Shown in pieces: positions 12,110 through 24,605 of a DNA stretch of 64,000 nucleotides. The notes below the pieces were generated by a model. The model was not told the DNA's origin and did not search any database. It saw nothing but the letters and a program-made list of their open reading frames with translations. The stretch is from positions 1,612,001 to 1,676,000 of the forward strand of contig NW_027361792.1 of NCBI RefSeq assembly GCF_039654945.1, in the 5' to 3' direction. Both the position numbers and the translations under genes were made by a program. How positions within the stretch are numbered: the first letter of the stretch is position 1; every line of letters begins with the position of its first letter. This DNA comes from Dendrobates tinctorius (lineage: Eukaryota).

Positions 12110-12147
12110 CTGGTGTCCGTGTGCTGCCGGCCTCGTCCACCTCTCAT
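12110..12147 (-). CDS. Putative upstream in-frame first exon of the SPSB3-like gene (MRGGRGRQHTDTR)
   Basis: ATG at 12147; strong CAG|GTGAG donor, phase 2 and in frame with the acceptor at 11293; CCAAT-type motifs near 12248 and 12295. Confidence 0.45.
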
Positions 12148-12485
12148 GATCGTCCACCTCTCGTGGCCGTCTCTCTGGTGACAGGTTCTCCTGCTTTGCT
12201 TTTCTCGAAATTTGCGCCCATCACTCCCGGAGGCGTTTCTGACTCCGCCAATAGGAAGCAGATATGATTCCAGCCCCTCAAAGGCATTTATGTGATTGGC
12301 TGCAGCGGCTAAAAACAACAGACACTCCCTGGGGCATTGTCCCATTAACCCTTAGGGCACCACACTGAGAGGAACCTGCCTGCCCCTCATAGTACTGCCA
12401 ACATTAACCCTTCCTCTCCTGCAGAACACAGCGCATAGGAACACATCCAGGTCTGGATCAGTCCTCCCCGCTTTTACATAGGTAC

Positions 12486-12733
12486 TAGTGATGAGCGAGT
12501 ATACTCGTTGCTCGGGTTTTTCCGAGTATGCTCGGGTGTCCGCCGAGTATTTTGGCGTGCTAGGAGATTTAGTTTTCCTTGTCTCAGCTGCATGATTTGC
12601 GACTTGTAGACAGGCTGAATACATGAGGGAATTCCCTAACAAACAGGCATTCCACACATGTATTCAATCTGTCTCCGAGCACGCCAAAATACTCGGAGGA
12701 CACCCGAGCAACGAGTATACGCGCTCATCACTA
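12486..12733. mobile_element. hAT-like MITE
   Basis: TIRs TAGTGATGAGCG / CGCTCATCACTA; 8-bp TSD ATAGGTAC / ATAGGTGC. Confidence 0.8.
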
Positions 12734-13732
12734 ATAGGTGCACATGCTGCTATCTGACAGAGAACAATCCTGAAATTACAGGTCATTTACTAGGGGCGCT
12801 CCAGCTCTGCAGCCTGATGTGTATATGGAGGCAAAATCAGCCACCGCTAATATAAAGGTTTTGTGCTGGAGCGCGGTGGCGACAACAGTCCCAACATGGC
12901 AGTAGTCACAACTCGGACACGACAGTTGCAAAAAAATCAGAACCCCTGGGTAGTGGTCGCAGATGGCAAATGTTTCCAACACGGACTATAACATGAGACC
13001 GATTCAGAGGGTTACTATCGGGGGGACGACCCTGATGTGTGACCTCTGGGGTCTATGTGCTGCCAAGGGATCCACTGGGACGGTAAATTGGGAATCTACT
13101 AAGGCTTCCTTGCAAAGAGCCAAATAACATTTACATCTTGCAGTTTACATTTCTTTTCCAGTGAGAATAAATTGCAGACGTAGGGTCCTAATCACACTGT
13201 TTCTGCAGTGTGTCCGCGGTTCTGTCTGATGGATGCACTGCAGAATCAGTGTGAACAGGACCTGACACAGGGGCGTACATCAGAGGTTTACTCCGGGGAC
13301 CAACACAGACAGATACTACATTGACAAACTCTTCCACACAGCGTCGGCTTAAATTTAATGCAACTTTATGCGACTAAAACAGTCCTGCGACTTCAACACA
13401 AGTTGCAGATATAATTGCGCGTCTTGTCGGTGTCTTCATGTGATCTCAAACTGTAAGTGCAAAGTCTCGCACACAATAGGTCGCTCTGGAATAATTGTGC
13501 CAATGGTTTTATACAGATGGAGGGGCAGCGACTGACGTTACGGCTGAAGGCAGTTTACTACGACCACCTTCTCCCTCCAGTCACAGAATTCGGGGGTTCG
13601 CATCCCCCCTTATAGGGCAGAGAGAAGACAACAGGCACAATCACCTGCGGAGGTACCCCCCAAAGTGATCAATCAGCACCGCTACAGAAGTCGCTGTTTG
13701 CCGTCAACATGTCACCATGATACAGCTGCTAT

Positions 13733-14468
13733 CCAGAATCAATCCCTTCCTCAACCCTCAATCTACTAAACTACTTGAGAATGCCCTCATCATCTCCCGC
13801 CTTGACTACTGCAACATCCTTTTCTGTGACCTCCCTGCTAACAACCCCACACCTCTCCAGTCCATCCTCAACTCTGCCGCCCGACTAATTCATCTCTCTC
13901 CTCTGCTTCTCCCCTCTGCAAATCTCTTCACTGGCTCCCATTCCCTCAGCGTATCCAATTCAAATTACTAACACTGACCTACAAGGCCATCTACAACCTG
14001 TCTCCATACATCTCTGAACTGATCTCCCGATACCTTCCCTCACGTAATCTCCGGTCCTCCCAATACCTCCTTCTCTCCTCCACACTTATTCGCTCCTCAC
14101 CCAACCGCCTCCAAGACTTCTCCCGAATAGCCCCCATCCTCTGGAATTCTTTGCGCCAACACGTCCGACTATCAACCACATTCGGATCCTTCAGACGGAA
14201 CCTGAAAACTCACCTCTTCAAGAAAGCCTACAGCCTGCAATGATCCCCGCTGCCTCCTCACCATCACTGGAGCTGCTGCAACCTTCCAACCTACTGTCTC
14301 CTTCCCCACCATCCTATATAATGAGAGCCCGAAAGGGCAGGGTCCTCTCCCCTCTGTATCAGTCTGTGATTGTTAGTTTGTTTACTGTAAGTGATATCTA
14401 TAACTTTGTAAGTAACCCCTTCTCATGTACAACACCATGGAATCAATGGTGCTATATAAATAAATAAT
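13733..14468 (+). mobile_element. L2/CR1-clade LINE, 5'-truncated 3' fragment
   Basis: ALIISRLDYCNIL...[12 protein letters not shown] and HWLP...KLLTLTYKAI motifs typical of the L2 ORF2 C-terminus; ends in GGTGCTATATAAATAAATAAT tail. Confidence 0.85.
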
Positions 14469-15589
14469 GAAACCAGACGCTGAGCAACAAATGTACAACT
14501 GCGAGGACGGATGCAGCAAGTAAAATATCCAAAGTGCTGAATCGCTTGCATAACAGCGGCCAACCTGTTGTCTGACCCCCTTATTACAGGACACGCCATA
14601 CAGACCTCCTCATTACAGGACCCGCCACTCGGACCCCTTACTACAAGACACACCGCTAAGACCCCTTATTAGAGGACACGCCACACGGACCTTCTCATTA
14701 CAGGACACACCGCTCACTTTGTTCTCAGAACCATAACTTTTGTGCGGCCATTTCTGTGCAGAGCTAGTTCTGGTTGACGCCATATACCGGTAGATAATTT
14801 ACTGTAAAGGTGGGACAAGCATTTCTTGGTGCCGTTTCGCGGCACTTAAAGCATTTTGATCACTTTTTATTGTTTAGGTGATTTAAAAATGGCAATTATG
14901 GCATTTGATTTTTTATTTCTTTGTGGAGAATTTCATATTTTCATAGATCGGACTTTTAGAGGTGCAGCCATACCGGATGTCTTTATTTTTTTTTAGAATT
15001 GATTTCTTTATTTTTTGGATCTGGAACAGGAGGCGATTCCAAATTTATCATTTTATTTTTTAGCCTATGATTGTTTGTACCGTAAGCTGCAATATTTCAA
15101 TATATAAATATATGGTAAAACATGGATTTTTGTGATAAACTCACCGTAAAATCCTTTTCTCCGAGACGCACATTGGGGGAAACAGGTACTGTGGGTGTAT
15201 GCTACTGCCGCCTGGAGGCTGACACTAAGTGAAAAAAGAGGTTAGCTCCTCCTCCGCCGTATACATCCTCGCCCCGGTTGCGGGTGGAATCAGTTTGGTG
15301 CAAAAGCAGTAGGAGATCAAACAAAAATCAGACATCATCAACCTTAATGCAGGTAACAACCTGTCTAGAAAAGACACCACCCTAATATCATTCAAAAAAG
15401 TATATTAAAACAGAAGCCAACTTGGCTACCAGGGTGGGTGCTGTGTCCCCCAATGAGCGTCTCGGAGAAAAGGATTTTACGGTGAGTTTATCATGTTTAT
15501 CCATGTTTCTTCTTCGTCTCACTGGGGGACACAGGTACTATGGGACGTCCTAAAGCAGTCCCTGGGTGGGAAGTTGACTCACCGATCCA

Positions 15590-16620
15590 AGCTGCATGCA
15601 CCTGTCTTGGAGAATCCTTCTACCCAGACTCGCATCTGACGAAGCCTGAGCATGGCTATTGTAGTGCTTTGCGAATGTGTGCAAGCTGGACCAGGCTGCT
15701 GCCTTGCAAACATGTTCCGCCGATGCCTGGTGCCGAAGCGCCCAAGAGGCGCCCACTGCCTGAGTAGAGTGTGCTCTGATCCCTTCTGGAACTGGTGTGC
15801 CTCTGATGCGGTAAGACTCCTGAATAGTCAAACGAATCCATCTGACTATGGTCGATTTTGAGGCAAGTCCCTTCCTGCGCCCCTCATGAAGCAAGAACAG
15901 CGTGTCTGTCTGACGGAAGGGTGCCGTACACGACACGTACCTCCTGAGTGCTCTCACCAGGTCCAACATATTAAGAGCCTTTTCCACATGGTGCACCTAT
16001 GCTGGACAAAAAGAGGGCAAGACAATATCCTCATTAATGTGAAACGAGGAAACGACCTTCGGCAGAAAGGGAGGGGCTGGTCTGAGAACCACCTTATCTT
16101 TGTGGAAGACCAGAAACGGAGCTCGGCAGGATAGAGCTGCCAGCTCCGTCTGATCGACGCTATTGCCACAAGGAATACTACCTTCCAAGAAAGGTAGGTT
16201 AAAGAGACCTCCTGTAATGGCTCAAATGGAGCCTCCTGTAGGACACTTAGGACCAGGTTAAGGTCCTAAGTGTCCAGGGGCACCCTATAAAGGAGCTACC
16301 AAGTAGGAGACTCCCTGAATGAAAGTCTTCACCTGCAGATTGGTAGAAACCTGCGCTGGAACAGAATGGATAAAGCCGATATTTGTCTCCTGAGGGAACT
16401 TGGGGCCAAGCCTAAGTCTAGGCCAGACTGGAGAAAAGCCAAGATGTTGGGAATAGAAAATCTCAGTGGAGAACAACCATGGTTCTGAAACCATGTGAAG
16501 AAAACCTTCCAGGTGTAGTTATAAATATGTGCTGAGGTCAGCTTCTGGGCGCTAACCATTGTAGCGTCCGAACCCAGCCTGGGTTAGAATCCAGGATTCA
16601 ACGGCCAAGCCGTCAAACAC
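15590..16620 (-). pseudogene. DIRS tyrosine recombinase remnant (frameshifted)
   Basis: LDLVRALRRY...AHSTQAVGASWA...AAAWSSLHTFAKHY; the HxxR motif is mutated to HSTQ; split across frames. Confidence 0.85.
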
Positions 16621-18400
16621 AGGGCCCCTGAGTTCGGGTGGTAGATCGGGCCCTGGGACAGTAGGTCTGGGCGCTCTGGCAGGCGCCAAGGAACGTCGGC
16701 GAATAGCTGTACTAGGTCTGCGTACCATGCCCGACGAGGCCAATCTGGGGCCAGCAGAATCACTGGCACCCCTTCCGCCCTGATCTTCTTGATGACCTTC
16801 GAAAGTAGTGGCAACGAGGGAAATAGGTATGGGAGGCGAAACTGGTTCCATGGCAGAACCAGCACATCCACGGCAATTGCCTGCGGATCCCGGGATTGAG
16901 CGACAAATGCTGGTACCTTGGCGTTCATTCTGGAGGCCATTAGGTCCACATCCGGCGTCCCCCATCGTTGGCAAATCTGCTGGAATATCTCGGGGTGAAG
17001 TGACCATTCCCCGGATGAGAGACCCTGCCGGCTGAAGAAGTCTGCCGCCCAGTTCTTCACACCCGGGATGTGGACTGCTGATATCGCCGAGTGGTTTCTC
17101 TCGGCCCAATGAAGCACATGCCCTACCTCGCGCATGGCTGCCCTGCTGCGGATGCCCCCTGATGATTTATGTAATCCACAGCCGTGGCGTTGTCTGACTG
17201 AATCCGAACGGGCCGGCCTGCTAGAAGGGGATGAAACTGTTGCAGAGCTAGCCGGATTGCCCGTATTTCCAACAAGTTGATTGGGAGGCGTGCCTCCTGC
17301 GGCGACCACCGTCCCTGGGTCGTGTGGTGGTGAAAAACCGCTCCCCAGCCGAGGAGACTGCTGTCGGTTGTCACCACCATCCAATGGTCTGGGGGAAAGG
17401 GGTTGCCCTGGAGAAGTGAGGCACTGGCTGTCCACCACCCGAGTGCCTGTGTGACCCACGTGGGCAACCGGCACCAGCGATCGAGAGAGAATGGGTTCTG
17501 TCCCAGACTGATAGCAGGGCGTGCTGCAGGGGGCAAAGATGGAGGTGGGCAAACGGAATTGCCTCCATTGCTGCCACCATCCTTCCTAGGATCCTCATGC
17601 AGAGGCGGAAGGTATGAGGGACCGGTTGGCGCAGCTTCCGGACTCCCTGCCGGAGAGCTAGGGCCTTGTCCCGAGGGAGAATTACCAACCCTCAGGAAGT
17701 GACGAAGATCATTCTTAAGAAGGCAATCCTCTGAGATGGCACAGGGGATGACTTTTTCAGATTGACCAACCATCCTAAGCGGGAAAGAGTATCTAGCGTG
17801 ATGCTGACACTCTCCTCGCATGCCCGAAAGGAAGGTCCTTTGACCAAGAGGTAGTCTAAATAAGGAAAGGTAACTATGCCCCGGGAGTGCAGAGTGGCCA
17901 TGACGACTGCCATGACCTTTGTGAATACCCTGGGAGTGGTGGCCAACCCCCGAAGGGCAGTGCTGCGAACTGAAAGTGTAGACCACTGATGGCGGGGAAA
18001 AATGGGGATGTGTAGGTAGGCGTCTTGGATGTTGATAGAGGCCAAGTATTCTCCCCGCCCCATGGCAGATATGACTGAACGGAGCGACTCCATCCAGAAA
18101 TGCCTGATCCTGATAAACTTGTTTAGGAGCTTTAGGTCCAGAATGGGCCTGACGGCGCCATCCTTTTTGGGCACTGAACAGGTTGGAGTAGAACCCTCGA
18201 TATTTTTTGCTCTCCGGTACGGGAACAATGACTCCGTTATGCTGGAGTAATGTTATGGCTTTGAGTAAAGCCCTTGCTCGGGCGATTACTTTTGGAGGAC
18301 GGGAAAAAAAAACCCGTCTTGGGGGGTATTTGATGAATTCTATCTTGTACCCCAAGGACACCAGCTCCGTTACCCATGTGTCATGTGAGACGGAGAGCCA
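16584..18400 (-). pseudogene. DIRS RT-RNaseH-adenine methyltransferase ORF remnant
   Basis: VPKKDGAVRPILDLK, DAYLHIPI, YLDY (YLDD mutated), TTDSSLLGWGA, INLLEIRA, SDNATAV, N.AAD; MT-like DLMAS...PYLFPS...LLAPDWPRRAWY. Confidence 0.88.
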
Positions 18401-18474
18401 GGCATGGCGAAACCTAAGCAGGCGGCCGCCTACCTTGCTGAAGTCGCCTTGAGATTGCCTCGAGTCATTTGGCT

Positions 18475-19779
18475 GCAGATCTCCGGGACCTAGGTCCTCT
18501 TGATCTGGGCTGGTGGGTACGCACTCTCCCCAATGGGATGGCTCTCTATGAGACCTGCCGATCCCTGTCCTGGCTGGGACGACCTGAAGTGGCAGGATTG
18601 GTCGTTGCAGCCCACCCGGCATTGCTAAAGGACCGAAAACGTGTCTGAGGCTGATGGCGAAACGGCTGCTTAACAGTTTGTTGAGGGAGGAAACTGCTCT
18701 TTCCACCTGTGGAGTCAGAGAGGAGCTGATCCAACTTCTCCCCGAACAGACGACCACTCTGATAAGGCAAGGAAGTCAGGGATTTCTTGGAAGTTGTGTC
18801 TGCCCACATCCAAAGATGCATTAATTAGATAGTCCCCGGCCAAGGTGATCTGATTTGCGACCTCTGATACCTCTGCTGGTAGGTCCATACCCTGCAAGGC
18901 TGTGTTCAATGATCCTGACCAAGCCATCATGGTCTTTGCTACCCAAGTTGCCGCAATTGAGGGGGAGAGTGCTGAACCTGATGCCTCAAATACTGAGCAA
19001 GCAAGGCTCTCTATGATGCGGTCAGTGGGATCCTTGATAGAGGACCCACTAGGTATGGATAACAGGGTCCTAGAGGCCAAGCGTGACACAGGTGGATCTA
19101 CCGTTGGGGACTCTGCCCATTTCTTATGGAGACCAGGGGCGAACGGATAACTCGCCTCGAGCGCCTTTTGCCCTGAGAACCGTTTGTCGGGCCGCTCTCT
19201 GTGTTGTTGTACTATGTCCTCAGACTCTGGGTGAGAACTAAACACTCTATGTGGCCGCTTTGCTCGCTTAAATGAGACCTTATGACCTGAGGCAAAGGTG
19301 GAATCATCTTCGATCCCAAGGGTCTGGTTGACGGCCTCAATGAGACTGTCAACTGTTTCCCGGTATTCTGTAGTTCCTGAATCAAGCGGCTCATCCTCTG
19401 AGTTCCCATTAACGACCCTTGGTGAGCGAGAGGCCGAACTTATGGATGCCGAAGCACCAGAAGGACCGCGTCTGCCTGGAGTGAGAGTGGCCCCTGCAGG
19501 TCGGAGGCTCCTGTGAGGTGGAGGACCCCTCTAATACTGGCGAGCCGCTATCCCTACCCCTATCTGGGGCCCGAAGGGACTCGATTGCTCTCATAAGCGA
19601 TGCCATGGACTGCGACAGAGAGAGCCCATTCCGGGGGGCTTGGTCGCAGGGGAGGGCTCCTGGGCACGTTCGGAATCACAGGCTTCACAAATCTGCTTGG
19701 CTTGCGCCCGTGGGAAGGCGGACTGACAGGAGGTGCACGCAACATATAAGAATGTGTATGCCTTTGATTTTCTGGACAT
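18475..19779 (-). pseudogene. DIRS gag-like ORF1 remnant
   Basis: N-terminal CxxC...CxxC (ACTSC...ICEACD); W..SPTVDPPVSRLA...IKDPTDR; LW.WAD..SKKSL.SLPY..GRLFG. Confidence 0.75.
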
Positions 19780-19894
19780 GATAGCTGCTAAGTCATATGC
19801 CAAGGACCAAAAAGCTGCTTAGACTCTGGAAAAACACACAGAGGGTGGCCTTCCTCCAGAGGTAGCACTTACCCCAGTCCTGTGTCCCCCGTCC

Positions 19895-20030
19895 TGGAAC
19901 TACAACAAAAAAAGCGGTCTATAGGAGGGCTAAAGGAGAGGCAAAAACCAGAAAAAGGGTAAAACACTCAGCTTTAATTCTTCCTCCAATACCACAACGC
20001 GTTTCTACGGTCACAGCCGTCTTCCTCAGA
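19895..20030 (-). mobile_element. Short insertion with a Penelope-like hammerhead core inside the DIRS 5' region
   Basis: Minus strand reads CTGAGGA-AG-ACGG-ctgtga-CCGT-A-GAAA-CGCGTT; CGTCC is repeated on both sides. Confidence 0.5.
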
Positions 20031-21242
20031 CGTCCAGCCCGCCGACCAGCTGTTCCTTCTTTAAAAACAGCGCGCTCCGGCGGGCGTCCGGACGAAGAGG
20101 CTACCCCGGGGCAGAACTTCCGTCTGCGGCCTAGTCCTTGGCAGAAGCCGGGGACTACATTTCTGCCGTCCGCCCGTGGCCCCGATGGGCGGGACTTCCG
20201 CCCGCGGCCTAGCTCCAGGGACTAAATTTCCGGCTTGTGCCCGTACTCGGGGTGGGATCGCCGGACACCAGGCCTGGAACCTGCGCCGCCAGCTGCCACG
20301 CTATGTGGCGCACCCAGGGAGCCCGAGGATGCCAAAGAACGGCGCCAGGAGTGCCGACCACGGGGGTCCACAGGAGCCATCCCAGTCTACCTCCTTCCAT
20401 GCCTCACTCCTCAACGTCCTCTTAATCCTCAGGTTGGGGGGGGGGGGAGAACCGAAAAAAAGTTTAAGGACGGTGCAGGCACCCTAGCTGCATCTTCCCT
20501 TATAGGGGATGAGGAGAGGGACCGTCCGCCACCTTCCATCACCGCTGTCTGGCATTGGTGATGCAGTGGGGGCCGCACGGACTGTTCGCAGGCCTCTGTA
20601 CAGCCTAGGGTTTCACTACCTTAGGGTGGTCAGGGCTCAGTCCGGCATCATGTCCCACGTAGCAGGAAAGGATACGTGGAGGCGACACTCTCGCACGTGC
20701 TCACCCATTGTTGGTTTGGGGAAATCAGACCCTTTCAATAGGATCCGTTGCCCCTGTCTTATCGTCATGCAAAAAATGACAGAGTCTGAAAAAAAAGACC
20801 AGACGTGTGCCTCCAATGGACACTAAGCAAAAACTGATTCCGCCCGCAACCGGGCAAGGGTGTATACGGTGGAGGAGGAGCTAACCTCTTTTTTTCACTT
20901 AGTGTCAGCCTCCAGGCAGCAGTAACATACACCCACAGTACCCGTGTCCCCCAATGAGGCGAAGGAGAAAACACGAAGATCGTGCAGATTGGGGTCTTTG
21001 CAGGTCCCCGACTAAAAAAGAAACCAATCAGCACAATCACAAGTGTGTGGGAAGGTGATGGATGCCGGAATGGACGCCACACCAGAATTGTGCTGCTTAC
21101 ATGCAGATATCGGACTGACATTGGCATTTAAGTGGTTAAACAGCTTTGATAGCTGTGGACTGTATAACACAGCCAGATCCTGCCCTGTGTGGCGTCGGCT
21201 CAGGGGACGGGACACACACCGACACCTGCGGCATGACGCATG

Positions 21243-23176
21243 CAGTGGAGAATGTAAGCATTTGATACGCAGCTGATTTTACAAGTTTTCCCACCTACAC
21301 AGAATGGAGAGGTCTGTAATTTTTCTCATGGGTACACTTCACCTGTGAGAGACAGGATCTAAAAATAAAAACGAGAAAATCACATTGTAGGATTGTTACA
21401 TAATTAATTTGCATTTTATTGCATGAATAAGTATTTGATACAATAGAAAAACAGAACTTAATATTTGTACAGAAACCTGTTTGCAGTTACAGAGGTCAGA
21501 TGTTTCCTGTAGTTCCTGACCAGGTTTGCACACACTGCAGCAGGGATTTTGGCCCCCTCCTCCATACAGATCTTCTCCAGATCTTTCAGGTACCGGAGCC
21601 GTCACTGGCCAACATTGAGTTTCAGCTCCTCCAAAGATTTTTCATGGGTTTCAGGTGTGGAGACTGCTAGGCCACTGCAGGACCTGGAAATGCTTCTTAC
21701 GTATCTGCTCCTTAGCTGCGTGTTTTCGGTCATTGTAATGCTGGAAGACCCAGGCACGACCCATCTTCAATCCTCTTACTAAGGGAAGGAGTTTTGTTGA
21801 CCAAAATCTTGCGATACATGATGCCATCCATCCTCCCTTCAATATAGTGCAGTCATCCTGTCTCCTTTGCAGGAAAGCACCTCCAAAGTATGATATTTCC
21901 CCCACCATGCTTCACAGTTGGGACATGAGTTGTACTCATCCTTCTTCTTCCTCCAAACATGACGAGTGGAGTTGATACCAAAAAGTTCTATATTGGTCTC
22001 ATCTGACCACATGACCTTCTCTAATGCCTCCTCTGCATCATCTGGATGGTCATTGGTGAACTTCAGAAGGCCCTGGCCATGTGCTGGCGTGAGCAGGGGG
22101 AACTTGTGTGCCCTGCTGGATTGTAATCCATGACGACGCAGTGTGTTACTAACGGTAATGTTTGAGACTGCGGTCCCAGCTCTCTTCAGGTCACACTCAC
22201 CAGGTCCTCCCGCATAGTTCTGGGCTGATTTCTGACCTTTCTCAGAATCATCCTTACCCCATGAAGCTAGATCTTGCATTTAGACCCAGACCGAGGAAGA
22301 TCTTGTGTTTATCTTTCATTTTCTAATAACTGTGCCAACAGTTGTTGCCTCCTCACCAAGCTGCTTACCTATTGTCCTGTAGCTAGGATTGATCAAATAG
22401 CTTCAGATAAGAGCTTATTCGAATACCTATAGCGCTTACCGAATAGCTGCATCGGGAACCCTGGATACCTGGAGCAGTCCCGATGATAAGGTGTTCAGTG
22501 CCACAGCTGCATGTGTAGCAGCTGTTTTACTGTCACAACACATGTATGGAGAACCCAATAAACAGGCTCTCCATGCATGTGTTGTGACTGTCACATAGCC
22601 ACGACAAACGCAGCTGCGACGCCAAACAGCTGATCATCGGGAACGCTCCAGGTATCCGGGTTCCCGATGCAGCTATTCGGATAAGCACTATAACTATTCG
22701 AATAAGCTCTTATCCGAAGCTATTCGATCAACCCTACCGGAATCCCATCTCAGCCTTGTGAAGGTCTACAATTTTGTCCCTGGTGTCCTTAGACAACTCT
22801 TTGGTCTTGGCCATGGTGGAGAGCTTGGAGTGTGATTGAGTGTGTGAACAGGTGTCTTTTATACAGGTAACGAGATCAAACAGGTGCAATTAATACAGGT
22901 AATGAGTGCAGAGTATGAGGCTTCTTACAGAAAGACTAACAGGTCTGTGAGAGCCAGAATTCTCGCTGGTTGGTTGGTGATCAAATACTTATTTCATGCA
23001 ATAAAATGCAATTTAATTATGTAAAAATCATACAATGTGACTTTCTGTATTTTATTTTTAGATTTTGCCTCTCACAGGTGAAGTATACCTATGATAAAAA
23101 TTACAGACCTCTCCATTCTTTGTAGGTGGGAAAACTTGCAAAATAGTCCATGTATCGAATACGTATTTCCCCACTG
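21243..23176 (-). mobile_element. Tc1/mariner DNA transposon fossil with long IR/DR ends (copy A)
   Basis: CAGTG...CACTG termini with about 200-bp TIRs and TA on the right; transposase remnants [20 protein letters not shown] (ATG 22814) and [13 protein letters not shown]; multiple frameshifts. Confidence 0.9.
22384..22736. mobile_element. hAT-like palindromic MITE nested in Tc1 copy A
   Basis: TAGG...CCTA termini; whole element is palindromic; interrupts the transposase coding sequence. Confidence 0.78.
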
Positions 23177-24527
23177 TATATACGTCATGGAGAGAGAAGG
23201 GGCTAAAGAACATGATGATTTTGAAAAACGACATGGGAGTGCCCCAACGTCACACGATGGCATATGTAGAGCAATTTGGAGGTCACTGCGCCCGATCCTT
23301 TGTTCTCACTGAAGCTGGCAGTGACTTATTCCCTCTCCCCATGGAGAAAAGAGCATGCATGTGTAAGAGGGAGGGAGCGGGGTCAGTACAAATAGCAGAG
23401 GACCTAAGGAGCGCATCCCGTATGGCCACCCATATCCTGCTAACCAGGATGCAATAAACCTTCCCTCGATGCTCTGACTGAAATTCTCACAAAGCAAGAC
23501 TGACCCGTGTCACTACTGCTTAATCGGCCCTTAGGTCACAGCCAAAAACAATGATGTCATGAACCATCTCTTAGGTTGGATAAGTTCTTCTCCTCCTCTG
23601 AGAATCATACTGCGGGTCTCCTGGAAACGCCGAAACAGAAAAAGATGGGAGTCCTACAAATACAAACACTTCTCCATCCTTGGAAATACATATATTTTAT
23701 AATACATATCTGGATTTCATCTTTCATTAGTGCTGGATTTCCTTCTGGGGATGCGACAGGTGTACTGGGAGGGGGTGGGGTAGCAGCAATAAACCCTCTG
23801 CAGATTATTACTAGACATCACCTACGGAGAACCTGAGAGCCTCCTACTATGCCGATATGAAGCGTCCTGCTTAGTGTTAGAACATACAATGTTGTTGAGG
23901 AGCAGGTCGAAGCCGTCTGCAGAGCCCATTTACATAGATGCGGATAATAGTTCTGCGGTAATTAAACCTCTTCACCACTCGGGAGCAGGAGTGAGTCAAA
24001 GCGCGAAGGCCGGCTGATCGGAGGCCAGCTGATCGGAGGCCGCGTGGCGTCTATGAACATTTGTGACCATTACACAATGGCAACTACAGAATAACGTAAA
24101 GAAACCCCATGAACGGTAAGACGTGCGGGGGGGGTAACGTAGGACGGTGGTGCTGAACTTACGGGTGCACGTAGCCCACACGAGGCATATAAGGTGCAGG
24201 GTGGCAGGACAGTCTCTATCCTGGAATACAGCATTATATTTACAGTCAGTCTCAACACCTCGCTTTACCATCTTTCTCAGAGACGTTCAAGTCTACAAGT
24301 ATAAAACCAAGTCCCTGATCATAGGACAACCACCCCCATCGTCCCCAAAGTACTGTACAGATAGCAAGCTGTTCTACAAGAGTGCCTGACAGAAGTCCGC
24401 AGACAAAGTGCTTCTGGAAATGAGAATTACAAGTAGGGTCACACAAAAAAATGGCCTGAGTTTGGAAGGAGCAGGACTGGGCGAACTGGAGACACTCCGA
24501 ATCCTACAGGCAGAGACCTCCGGCATC

Positions 24528-24605
24528 TTACTGCAGGGATTCAACGAAGGCATCAAACTCCTCCATGTTTTTTTCATGCATGGCCAACTTTTCCGGCAGT
24601 GAATC
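24528..24605 (-). CDS. ATG13: ATG13 last coding exon (ULK1-binding tail)
   Basis: [25 protein letters not shown]. Confidence 0.95.
   Translation of the reverse strand, partial: DSLPEKLAMHEKNMEEFDAFVESLQ

Larger units (their letters stand above)
15121..20970 (-). mobile_element. DIRS1-type tyrosine-recombinase retrotransposon, full-length but decayed (copy 1)
   Basis: Inverted terminal repeats (about 15160-15300 and 20825-20970), internal complementary region about 15432-15545 joining the two termini, TTT 5' start, and gag/RT/RH/MT/YR remnants. Confidence 0.93.
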
